DNA of 64,000 bases from Candidatus Altimarinota bacterium (GCA_046314355.1 JBKBWQ010000001.1:224001-288000); one strand, 5' to 3'. Shown: positions 39,551-50,341, numbered from the stretch's first letter. Notes: generated from the sequence alone by a model not told the origin. Numbers and translations are program-made.

Positions 39551-40537
39551 ATGTTAACTCTGAAAACGCAGAAAGATGATAAGATTCATCAGTTCCGAAT
39601 TTCTGTTATTTTAACCACATACAATAGACGACCTACTCTTGAGTTAACGCTAAAAGCTTTTGAAGAGCAGACTTTCCCATGGGAATATTTTGAAATTATT
39701 GTTGTAAATGACGGAAGTACGGATGATACGGCAGAGTTTTTAGAGAGATATAAGAATAGAGGAAATTTAAATTTTACATATATTACAAAAGAGAACGAAG
39801 GACAGGGAATAGGACGTAATACAGGTTTCGAACATACAGACGGAGAAGTTATACTATTTGCTCAGGATGATATCATCCCCACTCCAACCTTCCTTCAGGA
39901 GCATTGGAAGGTACATCAGAGATACTTCACGGAAAATTTTATATGCCTTGGCTTTACTACTTGGCATCAGGATCAGAATATTACAGCCTGCATGTTATTT
40001 CTAGAAGATGTAGGAATGCAGTTTAAATACAAAGCACTTGCACAGGCAAAGATTATGGATCATGAGTATGGATTAAGACTTGCATCACACAAGTTCTTTT
40101 ATACTAGTAATATCTCGATGAAACGCTCACTGTTTAGGAGACAGCATTTTGATCCAAGATATAAGAAATATGGTTGGGAAGATGTAGAATTAGGCTTTAG
40201 ACTTGAGAAAGACGAGAGAGCAATCATATTGTATAATCCAAATGCTAAAGCGTATCATATGCATGAAACAGATGTGCCGGATATGGCTAGAAGAATGGAA
40301 CAAGTGGGGAAGAGCGCTAAAGCATCTATGAAAATTAACAAGCGTCTCAAAATAGTTCCTGGGGTGCTAAAAAGAGTTATTTTTACTCTCATCTCTGTCC
40401 CTCCAATATTTACTCTGTTGGAGATGAATGCTAGAAAGACACCTCCAACAAAGGAAAACCCTCTTCCTTTCGGGCTGAAAATATATTACTATGCCCTCAT
40501 GAAAAAGCACTTCCTAAAGGGACTTGCAAAAAAATAA
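39551..40537 (+). CDS. Family 2 glycosyltransferase (ATG at 39551; upstream TTG at 39530 possible)
   Basis: ISVILTTYNR, VVNDGSTD, RNTG, QDD, GWEDVELGFRL. Confidence 0.9.
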   Translation: MLTLKTQKDDKIHQFRISVILTTYNRRPTLELTLKAFEEQTFPWEYFEIIVVNDGSTDDTAEFLERYKNRGNLNFTYITKENEGQGIGRNTGFEHTDGEVILFAQDDIIPTPTFLQEHWKVHQRYFTENFICLGFTTWHQDQNITACMLFLEDVGMQFKYKALAQAKIMDHEYGLRLASHKFFYTSNISMKRSLFRRQHFDPRYKKYGWEDVELGFRLEKDERAIILYNPNAKAYHMHETDVPDMARRMEQVGKSAKASMKINKRLKIVPGVLKRVIFTLISVPPIFTLLEMNARKTPPTKENPLPFGLKIYYYALMKKHFLKGLAKK

Positions 40538-40557
40538 TTATTTCATTCCACATCAAC

Positions 40558-42063
40558 ATGATAATGAGTAAAAAAGCACTTATTGTTATCGGTTCATTCT
40601 TTGGTATTTTGTTTCTCTTTCTTGTCCTTCCTTTCATATTCGGAGGCAAACCAGCATCTACTACTACAGGTTCCACTCGTAGTAATCCAGGAGGTGAGAT
40701 AGTATTTTGGAATCTTTTCGATGAGCAGGATCTCTATGCAGGGTTATTTCAGTTATTTGAAAGTCGGAATCCTAAGGTAAAAGTAGTATATAAAAAATAT
40801 ACAAATATACATGATTACGAATCAGACTTCATCAATGAGCTCGCTGAGGGTAAAGGTCCTGATATTATTGCAATTCAGCCTTCATGGCTCCTCAAACATA
40901 AAGGAAAACTTGTTCCTATGCCTGAAAAATCATTTTATTATGGTAACGCAGATAAATTTAAAGATACTTTTCTAGGACCAGCGGCAGATGATTTGATCAT
41001 TAAAGAAAAGGATACTGCTACAAAGCAAGATAAATCTTTTGTGTACGCAGTACCTGTAAGCATGGATTCTCTAGGAGTAATCTATAATAGAGATTTGCTC
41101 ATTAAATATGCTGCAAAAAATATTCCGGCATCCACATGGCAGGGATTTGAGGAGGATGCTAAAAAAATAGTAAGAAAAAGTGCTGACGGCACACAGCTGT
41201 TAAGAGGTGGAGTAGCTCTTGGTGATATGGAGAGTCTTTCACGCTCTATGGACATTGTAGAACTTATGATGCTTCAAAATGGAGTAAGGTTCTATGATCA
41301 AACAATGCGTGAAGTCTCCATGCTGAGTTCTGTCTATGCAAGTGGCAGATCACTGAATCCTGCTGAAGATGCACTGGCTTTCTTCACATCTTTTGGAAAA
41401 AATAGAAATGTCAATTTTTCATGGTCACCTCAACTTACTGCCGAGAAGCCGGCAGATCGAGATATGGGAGCTTTTGTACAAAGTAAGGTTGGTATGATAT
41501 TTGGATATTCCTACTATATTAATGACCTGACAAATCTCGCGAATCAATATAAAACCTCATCGGCTAAGGACATCATAAGTGCTGATTATATAAGAGGCGC
41601 TGAAATACCGCAGATAACTGATACTACTAGTGGTGCGGAGACAAGCAAAGCAGCTCTCGCAAATTATTTCCCACTATCTGTTACTAAAAGTTCAAAGAAT
41701 CCCCAGTACTCATGGGAGCTCATCAATTTTCTTGCACAGCCGGAGCAGCAGCAGTTTCTTTTCAGAAAAGGAAAAAAACTCACGAGCCGTTTTGACCTTG
41801 TAGATGAACAAATGAAAGACCCCGTATATGGTGCATTTGTAAAACAAAATATCTACGCTAAATCCGTACTTATACCTGATGTTGATAAATTATATACAGT
41901 ATTTAAAGAACAGTTTGTAGACTTAAATGCTGGGCGGAAGGATGAAAAACAAGTACTAGTGGAGATCCAAAAAGAATTACAATGTCAGCTTGATAAACTT
42001 AATGCCGAAAGCGGAACGGTACTTCCATGTGAGCAGAAGAATACGGGATTAATACAGAGGTAG
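40558..42063 (+). CDS. Extracellular solute-binding protein (carbohydrate ABC, family 1-like), membrane anchored
   Basis: N-terminal TM, IVFW, GKGPDI, YAVP..DSLGVIYNRDL, P.TW, AFVQSKVGM. Confidence 0.85.
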   Translation: MIMSKKALIVIGSFFGILFLFLVLPFIFGGKPASTTTGSTRSNPGGEIVFWNLFDEQDLYAGLFQLFESRNPKVKVVYKKYTNIHDYESDFINELAEGKGPDIIAIQPSWLLKHKGKLVPMPEKSFYYGNADKFKDTFLGPAADDLIIKEKDTATKQDKSFVYAVPVSMDSLGVIYNRDLLIKYAAKNIPASTWQGFEEDAKKIVRKSADGTQLLRGGVALGDMESLSRSMDIVELMMLQNGVRFYDQTMREVSMLSSVYASGRSLNPAEDALAFFTSFGKNRNVNFSWSPQLTAEKPADRDMGAFVQSKVGMIFGYSYYINDLTNLANQYKTSSAKDIISADYIRGAEIPQITDTTSGAETSKAALANYFPLSVTKSSKNPQYSWELINFLAQPEQQQFLFRKGKKLTSRFDLVDEQMKDPVYGAFVKQNIYAKSVLIPDVDKLYTVFKEQFVDLNAGRKDEKQVLVEIQKELQCQLDKLNAESGTVLPCEQKNTGLIQR

Positions 42064-42069
42064 AGGCTC

Positions 42070-42205
42070 GAGTAATGGAGTAAGAAGTCATTAAGTAATT
42101 ATGGCTCGGTAATTGGGCTCTCATTATTAGGCTGCAATAATTGAGCTCAATTATTTAATTATTGAGTCCAGTTATTGCAGCCCCAATTACTCCCTCGCCC
42201 CTCAC
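42070..42205. repeat. Dispersed palindromic repeat element, family 1, copy C
   Basis: 30 bp GGCTGCAATAATTGAGCTCAATTATTTAAT (42130-42159) identical to 11978-12007. Confidence 0.85.
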
Positions 42206-42280
42206 ATTTCCTCTTTACTCATACTCTTTTATCCGTATACTTTTACCCGTATATTAGCTTTTTTTAACTAAACCATTTAT

Positions 42281-44362
42281 ATGGCTTCGACAGTTCCATT
42301 AGACAAAGTGCGAAACATAGGAATTATTGCACACATCGACGCGGGTAAAACAACTACTACCGAGCGAGTTCTTTTTTACACAGGTATCAACTATAAGATC
42401 GGAGAAGTACACGAAGGTGCTGCAACGATGGACTGGATGGAGCAGGAGCAGGAGAGAGGTATTACTATTACTTCTGCCGCTACAACATGTACTTGGAAAG
42501 ATATTTTGATCAATATTATTGATACACCAGGACACGTAGACTTTACAGTTGAGGTAGAGCGATCACTTCGAGTACTTGATGGAGGAGTTACAGTTATCGA
42601 CTCTTCACAGGGAGCAGAGCCACAGACTGAGACAGTATGGAGACAGGCTGACAAATATCAGGTACCGCGAATTATCTTTGCAAACAAGATGGATAAGACT
42701 GGTGGAGACTTCTTCATGTCTTTGAAATCTATTCATGAGAGACTTAGCCCAAATGCAATCCCTGTACAGCTTCCTATCGGACAGGAATCTGAATTTAGAG
42801 GAGTTGTAGACCTTGTAGCTTTAAAGGCATACAAATTTGAAGGAGCACATGGTGAGAAAGTAGTTGAAATTGATGTTCCTGCAGAGATGAAAGATCAGAT
42901 CGATGAATATAGAGCAGCTCTTATGGAGAAAGCCGCAGAAGGTAGCGATGAACTCACTGAAAAGTTTTTGAATGGTGAAGAGCTTACAATAGATGAATTG
43001 AAGCAGGGAATTAGAGCACTTACAGTTTCAAGCCAGATCTATCCAATGTTCTGTGGAACAGCTCTTCAGAATATGGGTGTACAGCTTGTACTTGATGGTG
43101 TCCGGGATTATCTTCCATCTCCGCTCGATGTTACTGGTATTACTGGTACGCATCCTAAGACAGGAGAGGCACTTACACGAGAGACTAATGATAAGGCCCC
43201 AATGACTGCTCTTGCATTTAAGATCATGGCAGATCCATTCGTAGGTCGACTTACTTTCGTACGAGTATATGCAGGAACATTAAAGTCAGGATCTTTCATC
43301 TTTAATCCTATTTCAGGAAAAAGAGAGCGAGTTGGACGACTTCTTCAGATGCATGCAAATCAGCGAAAAGAGATCGACGAGATTCCAGCTGGTCATATCG
43401 GAGCGGTAGTAGGACTTAAAGATACTAGAACAGGAGATACACTCTGTGATGAGGATAATCCTATTGCACTAGAGTCTATGACATTCCCTGAGCCAGTTAT
43501 CTCACTTTCTATCGAGCCAAAAACAAAGGCAGACCAGGAGAAAATGGGTATTGCACTTTCTCGATTATCAGAAGAGGATCCGACTTTCCGAGTACAGACT
43601 GATGAAGAGACAAACCAGACAATTATCCGAGGTATGGGTGAGCTTCACCTTGATATCATCGTAGACCGAATGAGAAGAGAGTTTAAAGTCGAGGCAAACA
43701 TTGGTGCACCTCAGGTAGCATATAGAGAGACTATTACGAAGGCAGTTGATGTTGAAGAGAAGTATTCAAAACAGACTGGTGGACGAGGACAGTATGGTCA
43801 TGTACTTATGAAAATTACTCCTCAGGAGCCAGGTAAGGGCTATGAGTTCGTGAACTCTGTAAAGGGAGGATCTATTCCAAATGAGTATATTCCTGCGGTT
43901 GATAAGGGTGTAAAAGAAGCTCTTACAAAGGGTGTAGTTGCTGGATACCCAGTAGTAGACGTAAAGGTTGAGCTCTATCATGGAACATATCATGATGTTG
44001 ACTCATCTGAGTTCGCCTTTAAGGCAGCAGGATCTATCGCTTTCCAGAAGGGATCAAGAGAAGCAGGACCTGTACTTCTTGAGCCGATCATGAAGGTTGA
44101 GGTAGTTACTCCTGAGCAGTATCTTGGAGACGTGATGGGTAACCTTTCATCTCGAAGAGGTCAGATCGAAGAGATGGGTGACCGAGGAACTGCGAAGTTC
44201 ATCAGAGCAAAGGTACCTCTATCTGCAATGTTCGGATATGCAACAGACCTCCGCTCACTTTCTCAGGGACGTGCAACGTCTTCTATGGAGTTTGATCATT
44301 ACGAGAAGGTACCACCGAATGTAGCTGAGAAGGTACGAGAAGAAAGAGGGATGAATAAGTAA
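42281..44362 (+). CDS. fusA: Elongation factor G
   Basis: [38 protein letters not shown]. Confidence 0.99.
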   Translation: MASTVPLDKVRNIGIIAHIDAGKTTTTERVLFYTGINYKIGEVHEGAATMDWMEQEQERGITITSAATTCTWKDILINIIDTPGHVDFTVEVERSLRVLDGGVTVIDSSQGAEPQTETVWRQADKYQVPRIIFANKMDKTGGDFFMSLKSIHERLSPNAIPVQLPIGQESEFRGVVDLVALKAYKFEGAHGEKVVEIDVPAEMKDQIDEYRAALMEKAAEGSDELTEKFLNGEELTIDELKQGIRALTVSSQIYPMFCGTALQNMGVQLVLDGVRDYLPSPLDVTGITGTHPKTGEALTRETNDKAPMTALAFKIMADPFVGRLTFVRVYAGTLKSGSFIFNPISGKRERVGRLLQMHANQRKEIDEIPAGHIGAVVGLKDTRTGDTLCDEDNPIALESMTFPEPVISLSIEPKTKADQEKMGIALSRLSEEDPTFRVQTDEETNQTIIRGMGELHLDIIVDRMRREFKVEANIGAPQVAYRETITKAVDVEEKYSKQTGGRGQYGHVLMKITPQEPGKGYEFVNSVKGGSIPNEYIPAVDKGVKEALTKGVVAGYPVVDVKVELYHGTYHDVDSSEFAFKAAGSIAFQKGSREAGPVLLEPIMKVEVVTPEQYLGDVMGNLSSRRGQIEEMGDRGTAKFIRAKVPLSAMFGYATDLRSLSQGRATSSMEFDHYEKVPPNVAEKVREERGMNK

Positions 44363-44443
44363 GCATTTCCCCGCGAATGTAGTGAGTGGAATGGAAATGC
44401 TTATCCCTGTACTGATATGCATCAGCATAAACTCCGGCGGGGA
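44361..44443. repeat. Structured region 3' of fusA: hairpin plus REP-like element family 2, copy 2
   Basis: AAGCATTTCC..GGAAATGCTT stem, then CCTGTACTGAT-N4-ATCAGCATAAACTCCG, the inverse of 8365-8395. Confidence 0.7.
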
Positions 44444-44477
44444 GCCAGAGTATCGATGAATATGAAACTAACTCACC

Positions 44478-44509
44478 AAAAAAACCTGTCAGCAATGACA
44501 GGTTTTTTT
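44478..44509 (+). terminator. Intrinsic terminator after fusA
   Basis: AAAAAAACCTGTCAGCAATGACAGGTTTTTTT. Confidence 0.85.
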
Positions 44510-44565
44510 GTATGTAATGTACGTGTTATGATATAATACTATGATATGATTTATATTAATGTGCT

Positions 44566-46686
44566 ATGTCAGATTTTTCAAAAGAGGTAATAAATTCAGT
44601 TCTTCCGATTGATGCTTTTAAGGACACTTTTAATAATCTAGGAAAAGAAGTTACAGATGGTTTAAAGAAAAATCTCACTGATACTGTTAAAACAGGATTA
44701 AAAGAACTAAATACTAGTATTATTGCTCCAGCGGTAATGCCTAAAATGCTCTCTCTAGTAAAAAGCTTTGAGTCACTTATTGGCGGATTTAAAAAGAAAA
44801 ACGAAAATAATCCGGTCTTCGATTTTCTCTTGTCACCGGTAGAAGATGGAATACAAATAGCACAGGATGAGGCTACAGCAAACTTACTTGGAAAGGATTC
44901 AAAAGATACAACATTAAAGCTTGAGGATGTAGCCGCTGCACAGTTTCCAAATGAAGATATGAAAGTTGCTATCTTTAAGAAATTGACTGGAAATGAGGTT
45001 GATCCAAAAAATATGCCATTAAATACGGGAGTAAAAATTCGACAAAGTTATATTGAAAAACTCTTAAAGAAGGATACACCTTTTATGAAAGAGTATCTCA
45101 ATACAACTTCAGTAGCTCATTTTATACCAGACACTTCTATTACCAAGATCAAAGTACTGCACCCTAAAACAAGTATGTTTGCTAAGGTTGAGAGTGAGAT
45201 CTATACGCGAGAAGAGAAAGATGGGAAAATAGAGTTTGTAAGCAATGGACGGGTATTAAAACTCAATGAGATGACTGCTTTTAAAGTAGAAGAAAAAGGC
45301 GAGCGTAAGAACTTAGAGATCCAATTTGATGAAACAAAGAGAATAGTATCAAATGAATATTCAGGAGGGGCAAATCTTGATTCAGATCGAGGAAGATTTG
45401 TATATAAAACCTATAAAACAATTGATACTAAGACTCTAGGACAACCGCAGGAAGTAGCTTGTCATGCAACTGCGAGCAAAATCATGGAAAAGATTTCAGG
45501 CGAGAAAATAGACATGGGAAAAAAGCCAATATTTGTAAATAAACAGGCAACACCTGATATGCTTGCCCGTACAAGTATTCCAAATAAAATTAAAGAGTTA
45601 AATCTTCAGCCTGGAACTGCATTTTGGATTAAACTGCAGCCTGGTACAAATGATCCAACATCTCAGTTAAGTGCAAGCGGAAACCATTGGTTTACATATA
45701 TTGGAAATAATCCCACCTCTGGAGAGCCTCAGTTCGTAGATCAATACGGTGTTCAAACAGCTTTAGGGATGGAGTACACGAATTCAGCAAAATATAAAAA
45801 TGGTCGATACCTTCATGCTATTTTCACTCCAAATGAAGCTACTCTCCAAGCAAAACTTAACCAATATGTGGCGAGTAACCCTTTGAAGAAAGTAGATCCT
45901 AATAATGTAAAAGAGATTCTCAGTGATCATACGGCTTTTGAAAGGGAAGTACTACATGATGCAAGCGGTACTATCCGTCCTTGGAAAGAAATCCAAGATA
46001 TGATTATGAAAAATCCACAGTGGAAGACATACTATATGGATTGGCATGCTAAACAGAATGCAGAAGCTGCTAAAAAGACTAAGCAGCTATTCTCAGACTT
46101 ACCTGCAGGTGCTCTTGAGAGTACACAGCAAGGTGTAGAGAAATATGGTGTAAATGTCTTTTCGACAAAGACCTATAAAGAAGGAGAAAAGACACCATAT
46201 GCAAATTTTGGTAACACTAAGTATGGAGAAAATATCTTTAAAAAACCTATTGGCATTGTCACTCACTTCACGGCAGGAAACTCTGTAGGAAGTGCTCTTA
46301 ATACATGGAATGGTACGGGTGATAAACATACTTCTGTGCACTATATTATTGATAAAAAAGGAGATATTCTTCAACTCGGACCAGATAACAGAATAGTAAA
46401 AGGAGCTGCTGGAGATTATCCTCCAAGATTTTATAATGCGGCTTTCATCCAGATTGAAGTAGTTGCTAATCAGTATAGTGACATTAACAAAAAACAAATG
46501 AATGCACTTCTGGCTCTCGAAGCTGCAAAAGCAAAACAGTATAATATTCCTACAAATAATATTGTGGGACATGGAGAAATAGAAGAACACGACCATGAAA
46601 GCCATGGAGGTGCTATGGACCGTACTGATTTTACATCATCGCAGATCGCTAAGCTAAGGCAGGATATTACACCTTATTTAGCGTAA
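44566..46686 (+). CDS. Multidomain protein with a C-terminal N-acetylmuramoyl-L-alanine amidase (Amidase_2) domain
   Basis: IVTHFTAG, SVHYIIDKKGDILQL, IQIEVV, NIVGHGE, RTD. Confidence 0.8.
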   Translation: MSDFSKEVINSVLPIDAFKDTFNNLGKEVTDGLKKNLTDTVKTGLKELNTSIIAPAVMPKMLSLVKSFESLIGGFKKKNENNPVFDFLLSPVEDGIQIAQDEATANLLGKDSKDTTLKLEDVAAAQFPNEDMKVAIFKKLTGNEVDPKNMPLNTGVKIRQSYIEKLLKKDTPFMKEYLNTTSVAHFIPDTSITKIKVLHPKTSMFAKVESEIYTREEKDGKIEFVSNGRVLKLNEMTAFKVEEKGERKNLEIQFDETKRIVSNEYSGGANLDSDRGRFVYKTYKTIDTKTLGQPQEVACHATASKIMEKISGEKIDMGKKPIFVNKQATPDMLARTSIPNKIKELNLQPGTAFWIKLQPGTNDPTSQLSASGNHWFTYIGNNPTSGEPQFVDQYGVQTALGMEYTNSAKYKNGRYLHAIFTPNEATLQAKLNQYVASNPLKKVDPNNVKEILSDHTAFEREVLHDASGTIRPWKEIQDMIMKNPQWKTYYMDWHAKQNAEAAKKTKQLFSDLPAGALESTQQGVEKYGVNVFSTKTYKEGEKTPYANFGNTKYGENIFKKPIGIVTHFTAGNSVGSALNTWNGTGDKHTSVHYIIDKKGDILQLGPDNRIVKGAAGDYPPRFYNAAFIQIEVVANQYSDINKKQMNALLALEAAKAKQYNIPTNNIVGHGEIEEHDHESHGGAMDRTDFTSSQIAKLRQDITPYLA

Positions 46687-46746
46687 TATATTGCGCTTCT
46701 TGCTCTTTTTCCCTAAACTAACGCCATATACAATTATAGTGTTTTT

Positions 46747-47829
46747 ATGAAAGCAATTCTCCTCTGTGGTGGTGGTGGTACTCGTCTATGGCCTCTGAGC
46801 CGTGAAAAAAAGCCAAAGCAGTTTCATAGACTTGTACGTAATAATTCTCTTATTCAGGAGGCTGTCTTACGTATCAAAGATATTATCCCAATGAAGGATG
46901 TCTATATTTCTACAAATAAGGATTTTGTGGATGAGATCAATTTTCAGCTGATGGGTATTCCTCAGGAGAACATCATTACGGAACCATGCCGAAGAGATAA
47001 TGCTGCTGCGGTCGGACTTTCTCTCGCAAAGATCCAGAAGGACCTCTCAGGAAGCGGAGAAACGGTTGCTATTCTCTACTCAGATCAGATTTACCAGAAT
47101 GAACCAGGATTTTTAGAATTACTAAAAAAAGGAGATTCTTTTTGTCAGGCGAATAAAGATACATTTTTGACTGTAGGTGTACGACCAACTTATCCAGCTA
47201 CTCAGTTCGGATATATCAAGATGAAGACTGAGGAACTTCAGCAGGGAGTATATAAAGTAGATGCTTTTGTAGAAAAACCTGATGAGGAACGTGCAAAAAA
47301 ATTTGCAGCATCTTGGGAGTACCTCTGGAATACAGGACTATTTATGGCAGATAGCAGTTTCTTTTTTTCTCTTTATGAGAAGTTTCTTCCCTCCATCTAT
47401 GAGAACCTTATCAAGTTACAGGAAGTCATGGATACACCAGCATACAAAGATAAAGTTGCTGAGATCTATCCTCAGCTAGAGAAGATATCCATAGACTATG
47501 GGATCGTAGAAAAGCTGGATAAAGTAGCTGTGATCCCAGCTGATGACCTTGGGTGGGATGATGTAGGAAACTGGCAGGTCCTCCGTGAAGTGCAGGTTGC
47601 ACAGCAAGACCCGCAAGGCAATGTAACCCAGGGAAATGTCATGATGCATGACACAAAAAATTCTTTGATCTACAACAATAATAATAAACTTCTAGTCACG
47701 ATTGGGCTGGAGAATATGGTTGTCGTAGATACTCCAGATGCAACGCTTATTATGCCCGCTGACCGTTCTGCAGATGTAAAAAAGATTGTAGAAGAACTGC
47801 AGAAAAGAGGTATGAATGAATATTTGTAA
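46747..47829 (+). CDS. manC: Mannose-1-phosphate guanylyltransferase
   Basis: GGGGTRLWPLSR..PKQF, EP.RRDNA, FVEKPD, WNTG, SIDYG, GWDDVG.W. Confidence 0.92.
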   Translation: MKAILLCGGGGTRLWPLSREKKPKQFHRLVRNNSLIQEAVLRIKDIIPMKDVYISTNKDFVDEINFQLMGIPQENIITEPCRRDNAAAVGLSLAKIQKDLSGSGETVAILYSDQIYQNEPGFLELLKKGDSFCQANKDTFLTVGVRPTYPATQFGYIKMKTEELQQGVYKVDAFVEKPDEERAKKFAASWEYLWNTGLFMADSSFFFSLYEKFLPSIYENLIKLQEVMDTPAYKDKVAEIYPQLEKISIDYGIVEKLDKVAVIPADDLGWDDVGNWQVLREVQVAQQDPQGNVTQGNVMMHDTKNSLIYNNNNKLLVTIGLENMVVVDTPDATLIMPADRSADVKKIVEELQKRGMNEYL

Positions 47830-47898
47830 TTTTTTGTACAGATATGATAGATACTGCTCTGAAAGGAGCTTAGATTTTAAGTACATGATGTAATTCTT

Positions 47899-48648
47899 AT
47901 GTCTAAACATAATAAATGGTCTCAGATTAAGAGAAAAAAAGCAGTCACTGATATGAAAAGAGGGCAGGCGTTTACGAAGCTCTCGAAGCTTATCAGTATT
48001 GCTGCAAAGCAAGGCGGCGGTAGTCCTGATACAAATCCTGGTCTTGCACTCCTGCTTCAAAAAGCGAAATCTGCAAATATGACAAAGGATCTTATTGAGC
48101 GCGCAGTTAAAAAAGGCTTAGGTGAAGGAGCTGCTGCATTGGATATTCAAGAAGTACTTTATGAAGGCTATGCCCCCTATGGAGTAGCCATAATAGTAAA
48201 AGCACTTACAGAGAACCGTACCCGAACTGTGGGAAATATCCGTCATATTTTTTCTAAGTATGGCGGCGAATTTGGAGATACAGGCTCAGTAAGCTTTCTT
48301 TTTCAAAAAAGAGGTCTTATTGAAGTGAGTTATACTTCTCACATGATTGATGAACTAGAACTCAGTGCTATTGATGCTGGAGCAGTAGACTTTGATGAAA
48401 TAGAAGAGGGACGAATACAGATTATTATGGAAGTTGCAGATATGCATCGTGTTAAAAATGCAGTAGAAAAAATAGATGATATCATAATAGAAGATATGAA
48501 AATCTCATACCTGCCTACTATGGAATGTGAAATATCCTCAAAGGAAGTCCTTACAGAAGTTATGGATTTTCTTGATCTTATTGAAGAAAATGAGGATGTA
48601 GATGAAGTATTTACCAATATTAAGGTTGCGGAAGGAGTAAGCGAATGA
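47899..48648 (+). CDS. yebC: YebC/PmpR family protein
   Basis: MSKHNKWSQIKRKK, YEGYAPYG, TENRTRT, GSVSFLF, DVDEVFTN. Confidence 0.95.
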   Translation: MSKHNKWSQIKRKKAVTDMKRGQAFTKLSKLISIAAKQGGGSPDTNPGLALLLQKAKSANMTKDLIERAVKKGLGEGAAALDIQEVLYEGYAPYGVAIIVKALTENRTRTVGNIRHIFSKYGGEFGDTGSVSFLFQKRGLIEVSYTSHMIDELELSAIDAGAVDFDEIEEGRIQIIMEVADMHRVKNAVEKIDDIIIEDMKISYLPTMECEISSKEVLTEVMDFLDLIEENEDVDEVFTNIKVAEGVSE

Positions 48649-48757
48649 TGAAAGTTTGTATTAAGGGGGTATACGCCTCTTAATTACTCAATTACTCTCT
48701 TACTCAATTACTTCCTTTATGATATACTGATATGAAGTCATATCTATCATTATTTTC

Positions 48758-50296
48758 ATGCCTGAATCTAAGGAACAAATAAATAACGTTGAAAAGACCA
48801 AGGGATTATCAAATATTCTTGCAGATGCGCAGAATGAATTTGTGAAAAGTGATCTTGATGCCTTGAAAAACCGTATGAATTTTTCAGCCTCTTTAGATAG
48901 TGTGAATCTCAAGGAACTACCAAAGGAGAATGAAACAAAGAACTTTGAAGGTTTTCAGTGGGAAGTGGTGCATCTTGCTGCTTATTTTGTTCGAAAACTC
49001 AATGTCCCCGTTAATTTGGTAAAGGATCTATATAAAGGTACTTTACCAAAGGAGCAACTTCCTCCAAAGCTGCAGCTTGTATACGCAAAAGTACAGGAAC
49101 TTGGAAAACTGGGTGCAGTGTCTCCTGTGTACGGCAAGGTCTTTGATTCATGGGAAAGTAATGTCACACAGTACATCCAGCCTCATGCGCAAAGCATATT
49201 GAAGGTATACAATGAGGATTCCATTTTAGATTACTTACCAGCTCAATTCAAAGATATCAATCCCATAACGGGAGGTTTATTAGGTGGCGGACTTGCTCTT
49301 GCCTACATGGTAATAAAGAAGATCAATGGTGAAAAAGGTGAGTCTTTAGATCTTGGAAAAATGCTAGGAATGATATTTGGTGGTACAGCTCTCGGTGCGC
49401 TTGGAGGTTTTATTCCTGGGCTTACTACCGGAGTAAAAAACATACAAAATAATTTAACTACTGTAAGTACTGCTATTCAAGAGAGTAAAAAGCAGGAATC
49501 AAATGATCAGGTACCAGCCAGTCCTCCCATCCCACTATCCTCTAAAGCTCCTACACAAAAAGAAATTTACACAAAAGTTCTAAATCCTAATGGTATAGCA
49601 TTAAATAGTCTTGATGCTGAGCAGGCTTATACAATGACTAAAAATATATTTGGAAATGGTCACGGTGCATCCGCATTAATTTATTTAGATAAAACCTTTG
49701 GTGGTTCAGGTGAATTGGTAAAACGTGAAACTGCTCTTGCTCATCATGAAGGAGGCTTTCACTGGTATATTAAAAATGCAGATCCGGTAAGTGGTAATAA
49801 TACTGGCACTTTTCAAATTGGAGGCTCAGGTACGACTCCAGAGATGAGTAAAAAAATATATGATGGAAAAATAACAAGTGGTATTAATTACTATGAAAAA
49901 CTCGCATCTGTTCAAGTAGATAAAAAGAATCTTAGTAATGCGGATAGAGATGTATTTAGTCACATTGGACATATTCTTGAAAGAGAACCCTTTATAAAAG
50001 GACTTACACCAGCTACTTTATCAAAATTATCCGGTAGTAATAGAGCAGTACTGCAGCCCGCATATGAGACTATGAATGCGTGGCTTACAAAACATCCAGA
50101 GTGGAAGAGTAAACAAGGAGCAATCTTTGCTATGCTTAACGACAAAAGTTTATCAGATACAGATGTAAAGGCATTAATGCAGTGTATTATTCAAGGAGGT
50201 TCTGCCAAAGCAATTGGTTCTGATGTTCTCGCTCTTACCAGAAAAGGAAAAATGAAGGTTGCAGAAAAATATACCAAAGAGGTTAGAGTTGCGTAA
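48758..50296 (+). CDS. Hypothetical membrane protein with a possible C-terminal lysozyme-like (lytic transglycosylase) domain
   Basis: Two Gly-rich TM segments; ALAHHEGG and NTGTFQI resemble the SLT catalytic Glu and GxxQ motifs. Confidence 0.55.
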   Translation: MPESKEQINNVEKTKGLSNILADAQNEFVKSDLDALKNRMNFSASLDSVNLKELPKENETKNFEGFQWEVVHLAAYFVRKLNVPVNLVKDLYKGTLPKEQLPPKLQLVYAKVQELGKLGAVSPVYGKVFDSWESNVTQYIQPHAQSILKVYNEDSILDYLPAQFKDINPITGGLLGGGLALAYMVIKKINGEKGESLDLGKMLGMIFGGTALGALGGFIPGLTTGVKNIQNNLTTVSTAIQESKKQESNDQVPASPPIPLSSKAPTQKEIYTKVLNPNGIALNSLDAEQAYTMTKNIFGNGHGASALIYLDKTFGGSGELVKRETALAHHEGGFHWYIKNADPVSGNNTGTFQIGGSGTTPEMSKKIYDGKITSGINYYEKLASVQVDKKNLSNADRDVFSHIGHILEREPFIKGLTPATLSKLSGSNRAVLQPAYETMNAWLTKHPEWKSKQGAIFAMLNDKSLSDTDVKALMQCIIQGGSAKAIGSDVLALTRKGKMKVAEKYTKEVRVA

Positions 50297-50341
50297 ACCT
50301 GCTGTATTTGCTAGTATAGAATCGAATTATTAATTGAAACT

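Noticed and set aside
44361-44470. SRP RNA or another housekeeping ncRNA after fusA
   Set aside because: No SRP helix-8 motif seen; the region is explained by REP-like hairpins and a terminator.
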